Source: Klebsormidium nitens (Eukaryota; Plantae; Klebsormidiophyceae). Taken from it: a stretch of DNA of 64,000 bases. The stretch is from the NCBI GenBank assembly GCA_000708835.1, contig DF237067.1:126110-190109 (forward strand), read 5' to 3'. The notes under the pieces are model-generated. The model worked only from the letters and a program-made list of their open reading frames with translations, made no database searches and was not told where the DNA came from. Below, piece after piece: positions 14,201 to 26,420 of the stretch. Within the stretch, counting starts at the first letter, position 1. Each line of letters begins with the position of its first letter. The translations under genes were made by a program, and so were the position numbers.

Positions 14201-15923
14201 GTCGGGATATGTGCGGGCCTGGGACACCTGGACAGCGGGGAAGGAGCGAGTCACAACTTTTATATTCTGATTTCTCGTTTGAGTTTAAGTTAAGGAAAGC
14301 CAACAGATCGAGTCAGGTTCCAAAGTGGGAGACTCGTAACGAGACTCTGGATGGATGAATACACAGATGGACGTTTCCGCGTCATAAATCACAAGCAAGA
14401 CCTGGACAAGGAGTGGGATCGGGCCAGAGCTCCGACTCCCAATAGATTCGTCATTCTCAAATCAGCCGCTATTCTGTGCGAGCGAAACCAGTGGATCAAG
14501 CGAGTCTGTTGAAGCAGCGGAGTCAGTACAATACGACTGAAGGTAGATACATACATGATGCTTCCATTTGAAAAGCTCAGAACGGCAGAACGACAACTTG
14601 TCCTAATCACACAGACGGATCAAGGTGACAGAATCGATCTCAAGCACCACTTAAAGACATTGTCAATGCAAATGTTATCTAGGTGGCCGGCCAGAACCAA
14701 CCCAAAAGCTCCTTCAAAACCGCATATCTTTTAAGTAAGCGGAGAGCTACAAAAAGCTCCAGATCCATCCCGCCCGCAATGACACTGGTTGCATGCAGAT
14801 ATGTATTCCAGTTAAGCGCTTATGCAACAACACTCAGGCAGAATCGATCCCAATCGCTACGCTACAATATCAATCACACAAAGCAGAACAATATTTGATT
14901 CAGCTTATAGGCAACCTGATAGGAAGCAGGAAGAACGGAACTGACCTTGCCAGTCTCATTTGATTGGATGACGGGTCCCGAGGGCGCCAGCTTCCTTTTT
15001 GGTGGCGGGCCCCGGTTCGACGGGATGGTCGCAACAATCAACGTGTTGTCGTCCACCCATGAATACGACAAAAATACGGTATTCAGGACAGCTGTTGTAG
15101 GTGGTAGCAGCTCCCGCGCCTCGAGAGTGGTCAAATCCGCCACCCAGAGCGACAACCCGCTCCGCTCCTCGTTCCCCTCGCAGTCAATGTTGTTCGTCCT
15201 GATTGTGAAGCAGAAGTGGCGGCCGTCATCTGACCAACTCGTAAAGTTTATCTTTGCGCCTTCCGGGATCCCAGTGATCGGCCTTTCTTCCCCTCGAACT
15301 CCCTCTTCCGACACGTCGCAGATGGACATGCTTGTGTAGTATCCCATCCTGGACCGAGCGTTAATTTCCCCATCGATGCGAAACCCAGCCAACTTGAGCT
15401 CCGGTCTGGCAAGTTCCGAGATTGGAGTAAGAGAGGGCCTTTGAAGGAACAGAATCCTGTCTCTTTGGGGAGAGAATGAAAGCGCAGGGGTGGGTGGGGC
15501 GTCTACAATATCTGCAATTTCTTTCGGGGGCATCTTGTATCCGAGATCAGTGGCGTCGTCCTCTAAGGTGCCGTTCTCGCCTGGGGCACCGTTCGCAACA
15601 GCGGTGCCGTTTGAACTGCACCCGACCCCGCCAGAGTTTTCTGCAACTTTGCCTGGCGCCAACCAACTGAGTGCTCGATATGTCCGGGAGTACGCCCGGC
15701 TCGATGAGAGAGCATTGGAGCTTTGGCCTGCAGGAAAGAGGTGGCTCGCCATGCTTAAATTTTTCTGTTTCCTGACGCTGCTTGCATGCTGCGCATCTGA
15801 GGGCGATATTCTAGGCGTCTGCAGTACGGGGCTGAATCTTTTGGAGGGGAGCTGCAACCCAGCAGAGCGGACGCATGTGCAGCTGCTGCGGAGAGAGAAA
15901 CGAGAAGCAGCCAACACGGACAT
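8277..15923 (-). CDS. CGEP: Chloroplast glutamyl endopeptidase (peptidase S9D)
   Basis: Exons 15923-14946, 14227-13832, 13371-13171, 12636-12322, 12020-11856, 11449-11313, 10986-10822, 10462-10402, 9944-9795, 9375-9238, 8567-8277. Transit peptide, then GYKMPPKEIADIVDAPP. Catalytic motifs GGHSYGAFM (Ser), HGEADNN (Asp) and LPHESHGY (His). Confidence 0.95.
9751..9784. repeat. 17-bp tandem duplication in a CGEP intron
   Basis: CTGGCAAAGCGGGACAC followed by CTGGCAAAGCGGGACAT. Confidence 0.85.
11582..11665. repeat. Imperfect 42-bp tandem duplication in a CGEP intron
   Basis: Two units match at 34 of 42 positions and share the core AGTAGTGGCTTCCA. Confidence 0.75.
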
Positions 15924-16227
15924 GGTGCCACCAAAGAGACCAACGGTCTGAGCGCTGCCAAAACCTGGCTTCCTCCTCACAACCTATATTAAAGAGCTGC
16001 ATCGCCATGACACAGATGACCCTGAGAAAGCTCTTTCCGAAAACCCCAATTAACCGAGCAACATGATCCGTGACAACACACTGACTCAGGCCAATGGTAA
16101 CAGTTTCCCGTCCCTGTCTTCAAGTGAACGGTAACGACTATCATGCGCCAAATGTGCGTGACTGTCCACTTGGAAGAAATTGTTGAAATTGAAGCTAGGT
16201 AGTTGAGCACCTATCCTGGGAGCCAAG
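15924..16227. promoter_or_regulatory. Putative bidirectional promoter shared by CGEP and RsmD
   Basis: Only 304 bp separate the two divergent ATGs (15923 on -, 16228 on +). Function is inferred from spacing alone. Confidence 0.55.
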
Positions 16228-19200
16228 ATGGCGTCTTTGATGGCAGGAGTGCGCGTGCTGGAGCAGCCGTGCTTCTCAGGACGTACTGCTGAGTTGGGTT
16301 CGTCTTTCGCCTTGCAAAGCACACCTTTGTTAGAATCTTGGGATTCTTGTTTGACTACCACAACTCACGGGTTCCGAACGCCTGCACCTCAGTTGAGCTT
16401 GAGGAGATGTCGATTGGAAACACTAACTTGTTGCAGTAGAGAATATCCCAGTATTAGCACGTGGGCTTCTAGAGAACGTAGACCAGCAGGCACGCGGCAT
16501 GTGCGCTGCCAGGCAAAGCGGAAGGGTGAGAAAGTGGTGGTGTGGTTGTAGTCAGATGTCTGGAATTCAGTGCATCAAAGCATTTACTGGTGTGTGCTGC
16601 AGATTGCTGGTTTCATAAAGATACAACGTCGTCTATGATTGCTTTCCTGGATTGCGAGCTGAGGAGGGTCTGCATTGCATTACTTTTTCGCCGTCAACTT
16701 TTGGTCGCCGCATACTGATGCCCATGGAGTAAGAGTACTCTGCTGATGGTGCTCTGCAGTTTGTGACCTTGATCACAATTCTCTGCCCCAGGGTCAGGGT
16801 CTGGGAAGACACACGATGCTACAGACATAATCGATGAGGAGGTGCTGCTTGGCCCCAGCAAGGGCTGGACTCCTGGCTTCAAGGGGCTCCTCTTTGACCC
16901 CCTGGGCAAGCTCCGGGTGAGGAGCATAGCTGCAGTTCAGAGTGCTTTGGTCTTATGCTCCTCAACTGGTGGTACTTCCGCAATCTGGAACAAATTACTC
17001 CTGGACAACCAACGGGCAGTTTTGCGCTAAGAGCATTTCGACCACGTGCGCTCTAAGATGCTGATGAGTTGCACATTGGGACACGTCTCATATAGGACGA
17101 ACGGTGGACCAGAGTGGCCCTGCAAATATTAAAAGGATGCAAGTGCACACTGTTGAATGGGGCGGGGCCTTCTTTGCAGCTGAACCCCGACCTCATCACC
17201 CCTGACCTCCTCAATGACAACGTCGATGAGCTGGGGCCTGCGGACAGGGAGGCAATGCAGGCGCCGCCGGTGGAGCCAACAAAAAAGAAGAAGGAGAAGA
17301 AGAAGGCAAAGGAGGTCAAGAAGCCCCTCACCGTAGCAGTGAGTGAAGACATGATTGGGGCTTGCACCTTCTGCTCTCGCAGTCTGTCACGGCCCATTTG
17401 TAGTGATGTATCATCATAATAAGGCAGTTCTTGTTATGCTACCTCTATTCTCTCCCTTCTCCTGCCTTCTGGTCAGAAAGTTGCACACTCCACAGGATTC
17501 GTCCAGCCGAGCTTCCCCCTTGCCACTCTGTTTCCACTTCGTCCCCTTGTTGGCATCGAGCATACGAAAACAGCAGAACTTGGTCCATCCTGCACCGGCT
17601 TCGAATCTTCATCAAATACCGGGGCCCAATCCTGACAATGTTGTCCCATAGGTCCTTGTGGCCATATGAAAACTGTCACCAGAACCATTAGCCCTTGACA
17701 CGCAAGCCCTACTATTCCTAGGACCTGGAGTTGGCGGGCGTGCCAGTGAACGACCAGCTGCGGCAGATCTTGAAAGAGGAGAACCGGAGGGCCCACCGGC
17801 AGGCGGCGGAGGCAGACGGGAAGAAGGTCAAGGGGCCTCGGCCGCGGGGGTGGCAGATGCCAGCGCCAGACAACCGGGAAGTGCATAAGCTGCTCAAGGT
17901 AAGGGGCACTCATGCCGCAACAGGCTTCGCGCGCAGAGCGCCTCAGTTCGAAACAGGAGCTTTCTTGGGGCCGAACCGGAGCATCTTGCTCCAGATGATT
18001 GCTTTCCGAATGGGAGTGGCCCTGGTTTTCAGACATCGCAGCCGGCCAAGCGCAAGTTAAAAAGGGACGCCACTAAGTTTGAACGTGCTTCAACTGCGGC
18101 CTCGCTCCGGCTTGTAAGGCAAAGTTACCGGAGCTTGACGCTCTAATTGGGCCCCGGTTTGGGTTTGATTTAGAGCGCATGCCCCGTGTTGAGATACACT
18201 TTTGGTGCTGACCTTTTCTGCATGAAGCTTGCAACACTTCGAGAGTCATCTGATAATCGCATTGAGCTTTCGGTAGCAAGGAAAGCAGTCAAGTTCTGTG
18301 GTGGGTCGGTTCTGTGAAGCATCCGAGAGATCCGCGAGATGCACTGGCTGCCCTCCTTCATGCAGATTGTGGGGGGCCAGGCCAGCGGAAAGCGTCTGCT
18401 CTCGCCCGCGGACCGAGCAGTGCGGCCGATGATGGAGGTGGTGCGTGCGGCCGTGTTCAATATGCTCCAGGTACAGCCCTGCCTGGGAGTGGACGGCTTG
18501 CTGGAGGACCCCTTTGATGATGGCGTCTCTATACTTTTCTCTGGACAATGCATCCATCTAACGTCTGACGCGTAGTTGGTGTCTGTTATTCGTGTCCTCT
18601 GTCGTTGACGGCGTCCATTTGCCTGAGTTCCAAACTCCAGGCTTCATTGTACTCTGGTAACCAAAGAGTGACTTAACAGTCGAGTGACTTCAGATAGGCG
18701 CGCGGGGGACGGGTGGGGTTAGCTTGGTGGTTAGGGTGGGTTCGGGTGCTAAGCGGGTGATTATTCGGGTTAGGTGTTTTAGTTTGTCTGGTCGGGGTTC
18801 GTGAATCCTTAGTCATTCACCCTTTAAGTCACTCCTGAGTTACCAGTATCTTCATTGTTGGAAGGGTAGGCCCGTTTTGAAACAACCATAAAGTCGGCGT
18901 CCAGTCGCTGCTCGTCGGACGTCCTTGTTTGAGGCGGACGCCTCGTCCTGATCCAGCTCTTCCTGTCCGCAGTCCATGGTGGGCCTCCCTACGCTGGAGG
19001 GGCGGTGGCTGGACCTGTACAGTGGGACCGGCTCCGTTGGGCTGGAGGCGCTCAGCAGGGGCTGCGACAGCGTGAGTTGTCAATCGGCCTCGACCTTGTG
19101 GTTTTTCGAAGGAGGTGGTCTTAACATTATGCTGTGCCCGTACTTTGCCTGTAAAGTATGCGAAGGAGAATCCAACGATTGCTCTTTGATTCGGAGTTGT

Positions 19201-20463
19201 GCGCGTAGTTGGTCTTGAAGCAAATCCCGATGGAATACTTGGACTCCATCCTCTGGCCCGTCGCCGCTCTGTCTTTGCTGCCGCAGCTGTTGACCCCGTG
19301 AACGCGTTGCGCAGTGTCACTTTGTGGAGCTGGACCCATGGGTGGTGACCAACGTGCTGCAGCCCAACATCGACAACTGCGACTTTAACTCGGAGAGCAT
19401 CATCCACACGCAGAAGGTGGAGGCCTTCTTCGAACGAGCAGAGGAGCCAGGTGGGCCGCCCCACCATACCCGTCCACTGTCCTTCGTTGGTTTGTTAATC
19501 AGCTCGGTCACGACTACTGACATCAGATTGGCAGCTTTGAATTTCGGACGTGCGATTGGGTCGCTAGGTGCTTACTCCACAGTCTGTCAGAAAAGTGTCC
19601 GCTCACCTGGACAATACGGCAGGCCCGAAATTGTGGTGCCCATCGTTCTGCCAAGGAAAGAGACTCGCGGTGCAGGCCTCCGGCTAAGAGACGGCTGAAA
19701 TGAGCATTTCAGGAATCTTTACTTTCGTTTCTTGTAAATTAGCAACCAGATTCCCTCTTCGATTAGTTACCGAGTTTCTTGCGGACTGCCACAACGATCA
19801 ATTCAGATTTTCCAACCGTCCCGAACGCAGGTGCTATTTCGGGGGGTGCTTTCGACTTCATCAGCGTCACCCCACCTTACGAGGCCGTCAAGTACAGCGA
19901 CTTGATGACGACACTTGCCACCTCGCCCGTCGTAGGGCGCGACACTTTCATTGTGAGTCCGCTCTTTCCTGCGGCGCTTGCCTCAACAAGCACCGGAGAG
20001 TGGGTTGGGCGGGGATTCGCTTATGTTTTGCCTTGTTTCATTCTGAGCACGTACAGAGGCGAGCTCGTTTTGTGCAACCTGGGCCACTTCAAGATCGTGG
20101 AAGCATGTTTGACACAACGGATACTTCTTTTCTATGTGCAGATTGTTGAATATCCCTACAGGGACCGGGCCGTAATCACCGACCAGTGCGGCAACCTGTT
20201 TAAAGTGAGCACCGACCTTGTGCAAGTGATGCAATCAACTACTTTGCAATGCAACTTTCACCAGAGCAGTGCGGGTTGTGCAAATCTGCATGCTGTACAA
20301 CTTATGTTTGAGATCGACTATGGAAGCATGCGAATCCAAGACACTTCGTGTACTCCATGGAAAGATTGTGTTTGGCATTTCGCAGATTCGAGATCGTCGC
20401 TACGGCCGGACCAACCTAGCCATGTACGGCCCCGATTGGGCCAGGACAGAAAAGACTCCGTAG
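16228..20463 (+). CDS. RsmD: Plastid 16S rRNA m2G966-type methyltransferase (RsmD family)
   Basis: Exons 16228-16525, 16792-16916, 17180-17338, 17722-17898, 18366-18470, 18973-19071, 19315-19450, 19831-19952, 20142-20204, 20386-20463 splice in frame. Motifs VRPMMEVVRAAVF, WLDLYSGTGSVGLEALSRG (SAM binding), FVELDPWVV, FISVTPPY and RRYGRTNLAMY. Confidence 0.93.
18704..18797 (+). repeat. G-rich, telomere-like degenerate tract in a RsmD intron
   Basis: GGGGGACGGGTGGGGTTAG...GGTTAGGGTGGGTTCGGG...CGGG...CGGGTTAGG: at least eight runs of 3 or more G, with TTAGG(G)-like units. Confidence 0.5.
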
Positions 20464-21190
20464 AGACGCTATTTTGGACGTAAACTAGATCAAGGGTTGA
20501 AGGGGCAGTTACGGGATTGTGCGTTGATAGGGTTCATCTGAAACAGTCCAGGAAATATAGCAACTGGTTAGCACTCGGAAGATCCTTTTCGTTCAGCGCA
20601 CCTGCCATTCCACAGGTTCTCTGCCTTGCCATTGGCTTTTGAAAGTGACCGCTGATATCTGAGAACAACGGACGCAGCTACCCCGAAGTGCGGAGTGAAA
20701 GTTGATCGATGCGGTTTGCCTATGAATCAGCCCTTGCTCAGATTGTGCCCCGCAGCTGCATCATGCTCCTTAGAATGCTGTGTTACTGACATGCATAGGC
20801 TGACTAGCTTCGAAACCCCTTGATTCAGTAGCTTTCAATTGAACATTGTAGTCTAAGTTCCGACAAGATGGTTGTCAATTCCCCACCATGCACAATGCTC
20901 AGCGGGCATGCTGTATGTCAAAGCCCGCTTCGAAGTTTTTGTTGGACCGAACTCGGACTCGAGCGACGGTGAGTTGCTGAAACAGACTCTTGTCACGTCC
21001 GCACAACTTTTGCGCGGACCCATCCGACGGCTGGGGTTGCATCTGGTTGCATCACGAGTTGCTGCTGCCATGGCGGTGCAAGGGTGGGCAGTGGGCATAA
21101 ATGATCGACCTCAAACCTGCTCAAGGCATGAAGGGGCATGACAATCGCGAGTGAGTGATTGATCACGGCCGAAGGTGAGATTGCGACACA

Positions 21191-23820
21191 ATGGCGGACG
21201 GTCCCGTTAAGGTTCCCCTCTACTCTCTGCCTTTGCCTGCCTTCAAAGCGGCAATCCATGACAGGATCTGCTCTGCACTGCCTGGACCGGCTCTTGAAAT
21301 TACATCTGAAGAGCAGGCTGCATTTTCCTCAGCCCTTGAAAACCTTCACGACTTTCTTAGGGCCAATGTACATGGCCTTGTCTCTCAGTATTCGCTTGGG
21401 ACAAGGGAGGGCTTCCTCTGGAAAGGATCCGTTGCTGAAAGAAGGTTCATTGGTGAGTGTTCAAATTAGGGTTTGCCGAGGGCAAAAAATCATGGTGTGT
21501 CAGCCAATGAGGTTTCTTCAGGACTTTCATGCGCAGATTGATTGGGAAGCTCGACCAATGTTGTATCAGCGTATGAAGATGGAATCTGGCGGTCAAGTTG
21601 TGATCCAGCTGGTTTCCTTGACAGATACTTCTCTGATCACGGGGGCAGAATGTTTTGACTTGGTGCTGGGATCTGAAAAATGTCTTGAAAGTTTTAGAAT
21701 CATCATCTCTCTAGATTCCCCTAATCTTAGCTGGTTCCACAGGAGAATGCGGCGCAGGTTCTGCAAGCCACCGAATGTGATACGAAACGAGAGAAAATGT
21801 GGGTTATCAATGATGGCTAATGAGTGCATCCGGGAGGACTCATACCTTGTGTGTTGATCCTGATCAGCTTAACAAGTTTGCACTCCAACAAGGATGTAGA
21901 GGTATTTAGTACCAACATGACTGGAACTCCAAATTCCTCTTCTTCATGCCCAGTGAGGCCCAAAATAGCTTGAGCCTGAGAGCAAGCTTCCTACAGCTGC
22001 ACTTCAAGAAATGCTGCCACTAATCTTCGCAATCGTTTGGCCAACATAAACACAGCAATCGGATCTTATTCCTTCACTTCTTTACACATGCACCAGCGTG
22101 ACATTTCGCCGCTCTCTCCTAAAAGCATCTTCTTTCGGACCTTTCCCAGCGGCTCTCCCCATTCTGGAGGAGAGTGGCCCCAATGGCGCCACCCCCAAGA
22201 AGCTCACTTCCATGCCCTCCGTCCTCTCCGCCCCTGCCAACATGGAGCGCATGGCTGAGCAAAGCGCACCTGTGGCCGCATATAATCTCGACTTTCTCCC
22301 TACATTTGGAGTGCCCTCCCCTCCAGCAAGTGGGGGGTCAAGCCCCCTCCACCCACTGAGCCAGACAACCGCAACTGCACAGCATTCAAATCTGCGACCG
22401 CCCAAGCCAGGGTAGGCCTCTCCTCTTACTGGGCGGTTGATGAAGACTTTGGATGAAGGACTGTTCCTGGCTGCTGATTCGCCTTCAGTTGTGTCCAGTC
22501 TGCAATATCTGGAAGTTGGCGCGGATGCCTTGGTTGAAATGAGCCAGGGAAGTCCTGAAAGTATCAGCTTTCAGGACGTCTGAGCTGAAAACCATTTCTG
22601 AATGTTGATTCCTCAGCTTTTGACTGCTGAGTTGAGACAGTGCACAAGAGATTCTACTCGTTTTTGTGGACCCAATGATTAAAATCAAAGTTACCATTGA
22701 ATATGCACACCTTCTGTTTGTTCGGGAAGAGATTCTTCAACTCTCTGTCTTGGAACAGGTTTCCAAATTTTTGTACTCAACTTGAGAACTCGTAATCAAT
22801 CACGTGGTCTTAAGAGTCGCTCTTGACTTAAAACGTATTGAATTTCGTCCAGAACCTTTCGCAGCAGGATTGTCTGTCCAGGCTCTAGCACTCTGAGCTT
22901 GCTTTCCTTTTCTCATCCAGTACTGGCTCAGCTCTCGACCCCTCAATCCTGTCCACGGACTCTCCTTCGGTTGGGAGAGACAACAACAATCCCTTCAACT
23001 CGCCCACAACAAGAAGCCACGGGTCCAACCCCTTCGACGGGACCCAGGGACAGAATCCGTTTGACTCGCCCCTCCGTGAACCAAGCGCGGCCCTTCAGCC
23101 GATCCTTGATAAGATTCCGGTGAGCTTGTTTGCTGACCTGTCAAAACTGGAAGCTTCTTGACAAGGTAACTGACTTCGACAAATCAGAGTACTTTTTCTT
23201 CCATCTAAATTTTGCAAGTTGCAAGCTTCTGGGATGGAATCGACCATGCATCAATCTGTTGCAACCTCTCAGCGTTCTACCAGGTGAAAAACTGAGAAGC
23301 TCCTCATCCCTTCAGCTGCGCTGATAAGCTTAGCTAAAGCCAGTCTGTTGAATAGCATATTAGGATCTACTGCTGACTTGCTTAGCGTTTGGACGTCGAT
23401 ACGCTTGTACAGAATTTGGTTCAGGAAGTGAACAGCATGTGAATGGGTAGATAGCGACAAATGGACTGCCGTCTTTTTGAGCTCCCAACTACGTTTTGAT
23501 GGGAATCTGGTCGTCTGCAGGACCTTTCCTTCATGCTCTCTGACAAATTGAGCGAGCCAGCTGCCTCGCTTCAAGCTGTGCCTGGAACGGGTGCAGCTCA
23601 ACCTAGGACTAGTGTAGATGAATGGGGAGATTTTAGCGGTCAGCCATCAGCCTCTCAAGAAAGAGGGGCGAATCCAGCCATTGCTGCCCCTGGAACTAGC
23701 ATTGACGATTGGGGAAACTTCAGCGGTCCACCATCCGGCAATGTAGATTCGACAGCTGCACAGCAGACCGTCGTCAAGCCAAGGGCTAGCCTCGAAGAGT
23801 GGGGAGACTTTAACGGTTGA
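21191..23820 (+). CDS. Uncharacterised ~340 aa protein with 3x NPF, PDLSFM and 3x (D/E)WG(D/N)F motifs; putative aftiphilin-like AP-1/clathrin accessory protein
   Basis: Exons 21191-21452, 22150-22411, 22921-23119, 23521-23820 join with compatible phases (1023 nt). Exon 3 encodes NNNPFN, SNPFD and QNPFD. The exon 3/4 junction reads KIPDLSFMLSDKL. Exon 4 encodes DEWGDF, DDWGNF and EEWGDF. Confidence 0.75.
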
Positions 23821-24618
23821 CTCGAAGACAAGCGAACAATATGATCTTGCAGGCATGCCCAAAATGCGTGATTTCAGAACTAGCTGAAACCCCGCGGGTG
23901 AGTCCCTTTTCGGAAAGAACTTGCTGCTAAGTGATGGAGGGGAATGAGGTCTAGAATTCACGAGTCCTATTGTAGCCAAGTGTTACAGGCATGGACGCAC
24001 ATAACGGCCACATGGATATACTGCATAGACGGTTTGCGTTTTACGTGAATGGTCGGTTGAATGGTTCGATCTTGAAAGATGCATCCGCACATGGTCCCCA
24101 AGCTCCGATGAGGTGTTTGAAATCATCATAAGTTCGCATGTACATCATGAATGAGGAGCATTAGTAGGTGTATAGTATACCGTCCACTTGAGCTAGAGCA
24201 GGCTTGATTGAACTCGCACGTGAGCATGCCCCGCCGCCCACTGATGGATTGCTAGATCGATCCTCTCACTAAGGATCTGTTTATTAACGTGCTTCGAAAA
24301 TACATATCAGTGCACTGCGCGAACATATGCAGCTGGTATGGCGAAGGGTGATGCTTATGCAGCGCCGCGCGCCGCTGCCGTGAGTTGATTGCCATACATG
24401 CGCGCTACACAATGTCACTACTGGCAGCATACACACCTAATTTCGATCAGCCTGGCCTCTGGGAGCTCTAGATACTGGGAGCTGTCTACTGGTCCATGTG
24501 TTACAAGGGATGAGCTAGCTAGCTCGACGATTAGTGCTTGACAAATTTGACCACAAATGTTAGTGCTCTGGATGCAACGCGCAAGTTCCGCCATTCTCCA
24601 GAGTCTGCGGCCAGTACG

Positions 24619-26420
24619 TCAATCTGCTCTCCCGGTTGACGCTTCCTGCACGAGCTCGTCAAGCTTGAGAAGCTGCTCCACCGTGAACGAGTCCCAGATC
24701 GTCGTCTCGTGAAGCTTTCGTTCAACAACTCGCCTCGTTCGCAAGAGGATCTTGCTCGAATCGGAAGCATGGTCCTTCTCAAGCCACTTGAGCCACGAAG
24801 TCGAGGTCTGATCCGTGATTCGCACTCGTTCTTGAACACGAGCGCACAATCTCTCGAGGCCGCACGCATCGGCCAAGGCAAAGAGGGCCTGCAGGGCACA
24901 TCAATCAGGGTCGCTTATCACAATCGTCTGTAATCATGCCGAGTATTATCTACATTAATATAACTGGTAATCTGCGAGAGAAAAGGCCTAGAACCTTTTT
25001 TGAAATCGGTTTCTCCAAAGATCTATTAATCGAACCAGTCATGCCAGCGAAAGATGATGAACAGCCTGGCAAATCGTCCTCAACGTCATTGATGCAACTT
25101 CCTTCTCCGCTTCCCTCCAACAGTCCTGTCGAATAATTTATATGCTACGATTCAAAATCTAAGCTGATCAATTCAGTCTGTCAAGTAATCCCTTCGGCCC
25201 AACCCAGGATAAAATGAAAAGGTGTTCTGCTGGAAGTTTGAAAGCGCACCTGCCAGATTTCGGCGTTGGACGGCTCGACCTTGTCCAAAGCCTTGGGATT
25301 CCGGTACGCATATTCCAGGAAGACCTGGACCACGTGCTGACTCACTGAGCAAGGTAAATGCAGTTCTAGCTTCCGGTTTAGGTTCCAGCACGTTTCGCTG
25401 CACCACGTTCCTTTAAGCCTCGCCTCGAAGTAAGGCAGATCGATAAGAATCGCAGAATGTGCCGCCACCTTGGTGCCGTCCTGAGGACACCAAACACCGG
25501 TGTGTGAGCTCAGATATCTTCTCTTGGACGCGCTGAGGATGTGGACCTTGCTTGTACACGAACTTTGAATACGTGAATTCTGTCGCCATTCAATCCTGCT
25601 CGGAACTCTTACCTTTCTTTGAGATGCTTCAGGTATACGAATGGCTCTGAGCATAAAGCAGTCTCGCTTGGCAGATACGCGTACGACTGCATGCCTTCGT
25701 GCGATTATGATTTTATAACAATCCAAACTTACCTCACAGACAATGTACAAGTCCCCCGTCCTATCCGCGTCTTTCAAAAGCGAAGCCTTTGACCTTGGGT
25801 TGAATTCGTCCATCAGCGAACCGGAAGACTGTTTCGCGACTTCTTCAGATGCAATCTTGTTCTGAACAACAGCAATGGAAACCGTTAACTAATATTCCTC
25901 ATAGTTTACTGACCGGACTTTCGCAAACCTCAGCTCGATTCCTAAGCTGTCTGAGCTACATAATATCCCTTACTAAGATAGTAACATGTACACGAAAAGA
26001 AAGCCACCAGTAGTATTATCCTCTGGCCACACAGACGCTTCCTTATTTTTGGCTTTAGGTCCATGGCCACCCACCTTGTCGATGCAAGCCGCTGATAGTA
26101 GTACATCGTCGTCGGAAGAATCCAAAAGGCTCCCCCCGACGCGGTCACCTCCTTTCATGTGTTTGCGACTTGGCAGCTGCAAAAAAATCATCTTACATCG
26201 TTGAACAATGAGATCTCTTTAAGGGTCATCTACCTTTTACGTCGACTTTAGCTGAGCAATTGGCAGAAGTAGCAAAATCTGCGGAACCTCGACTCTCTCC
26301 TGTAGCTGTTCAAAAAAAAGGCTAGTAACTTACCGGAGCTGTTACTTGCGAGCGCTTTCTGCTTAAGGCACCAAGGTTTCTTTGCGCTTTGGAGGAGATA
26401 AAGGCGCCTGATCCGAACAT
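24619..26420 (-). CDS. BTB/POZ-domain protein (~270 aa)
   Basis: Exons 26420-26334, 26176-26075, 25861-25733, 25480-25250, 24888-24619, all phase 0. BTB-like core GDLYIVCEDGTKVAAHSAILIDLPYFEARLKGTW...VVQVFLEYAY...WQALFALADACGLERLC. The two 5' exons are less certain. Confidence 0.75.

Noticed and set aside
23600-23820. Three spaced ~30-bp repeats that superficially resemble a CRISPR-like array
   Set aside because: They are imperfect, lie in frame within a coding exon and encode the WGDF motifs. The DNA is eukaryotic and no cas genes are present.
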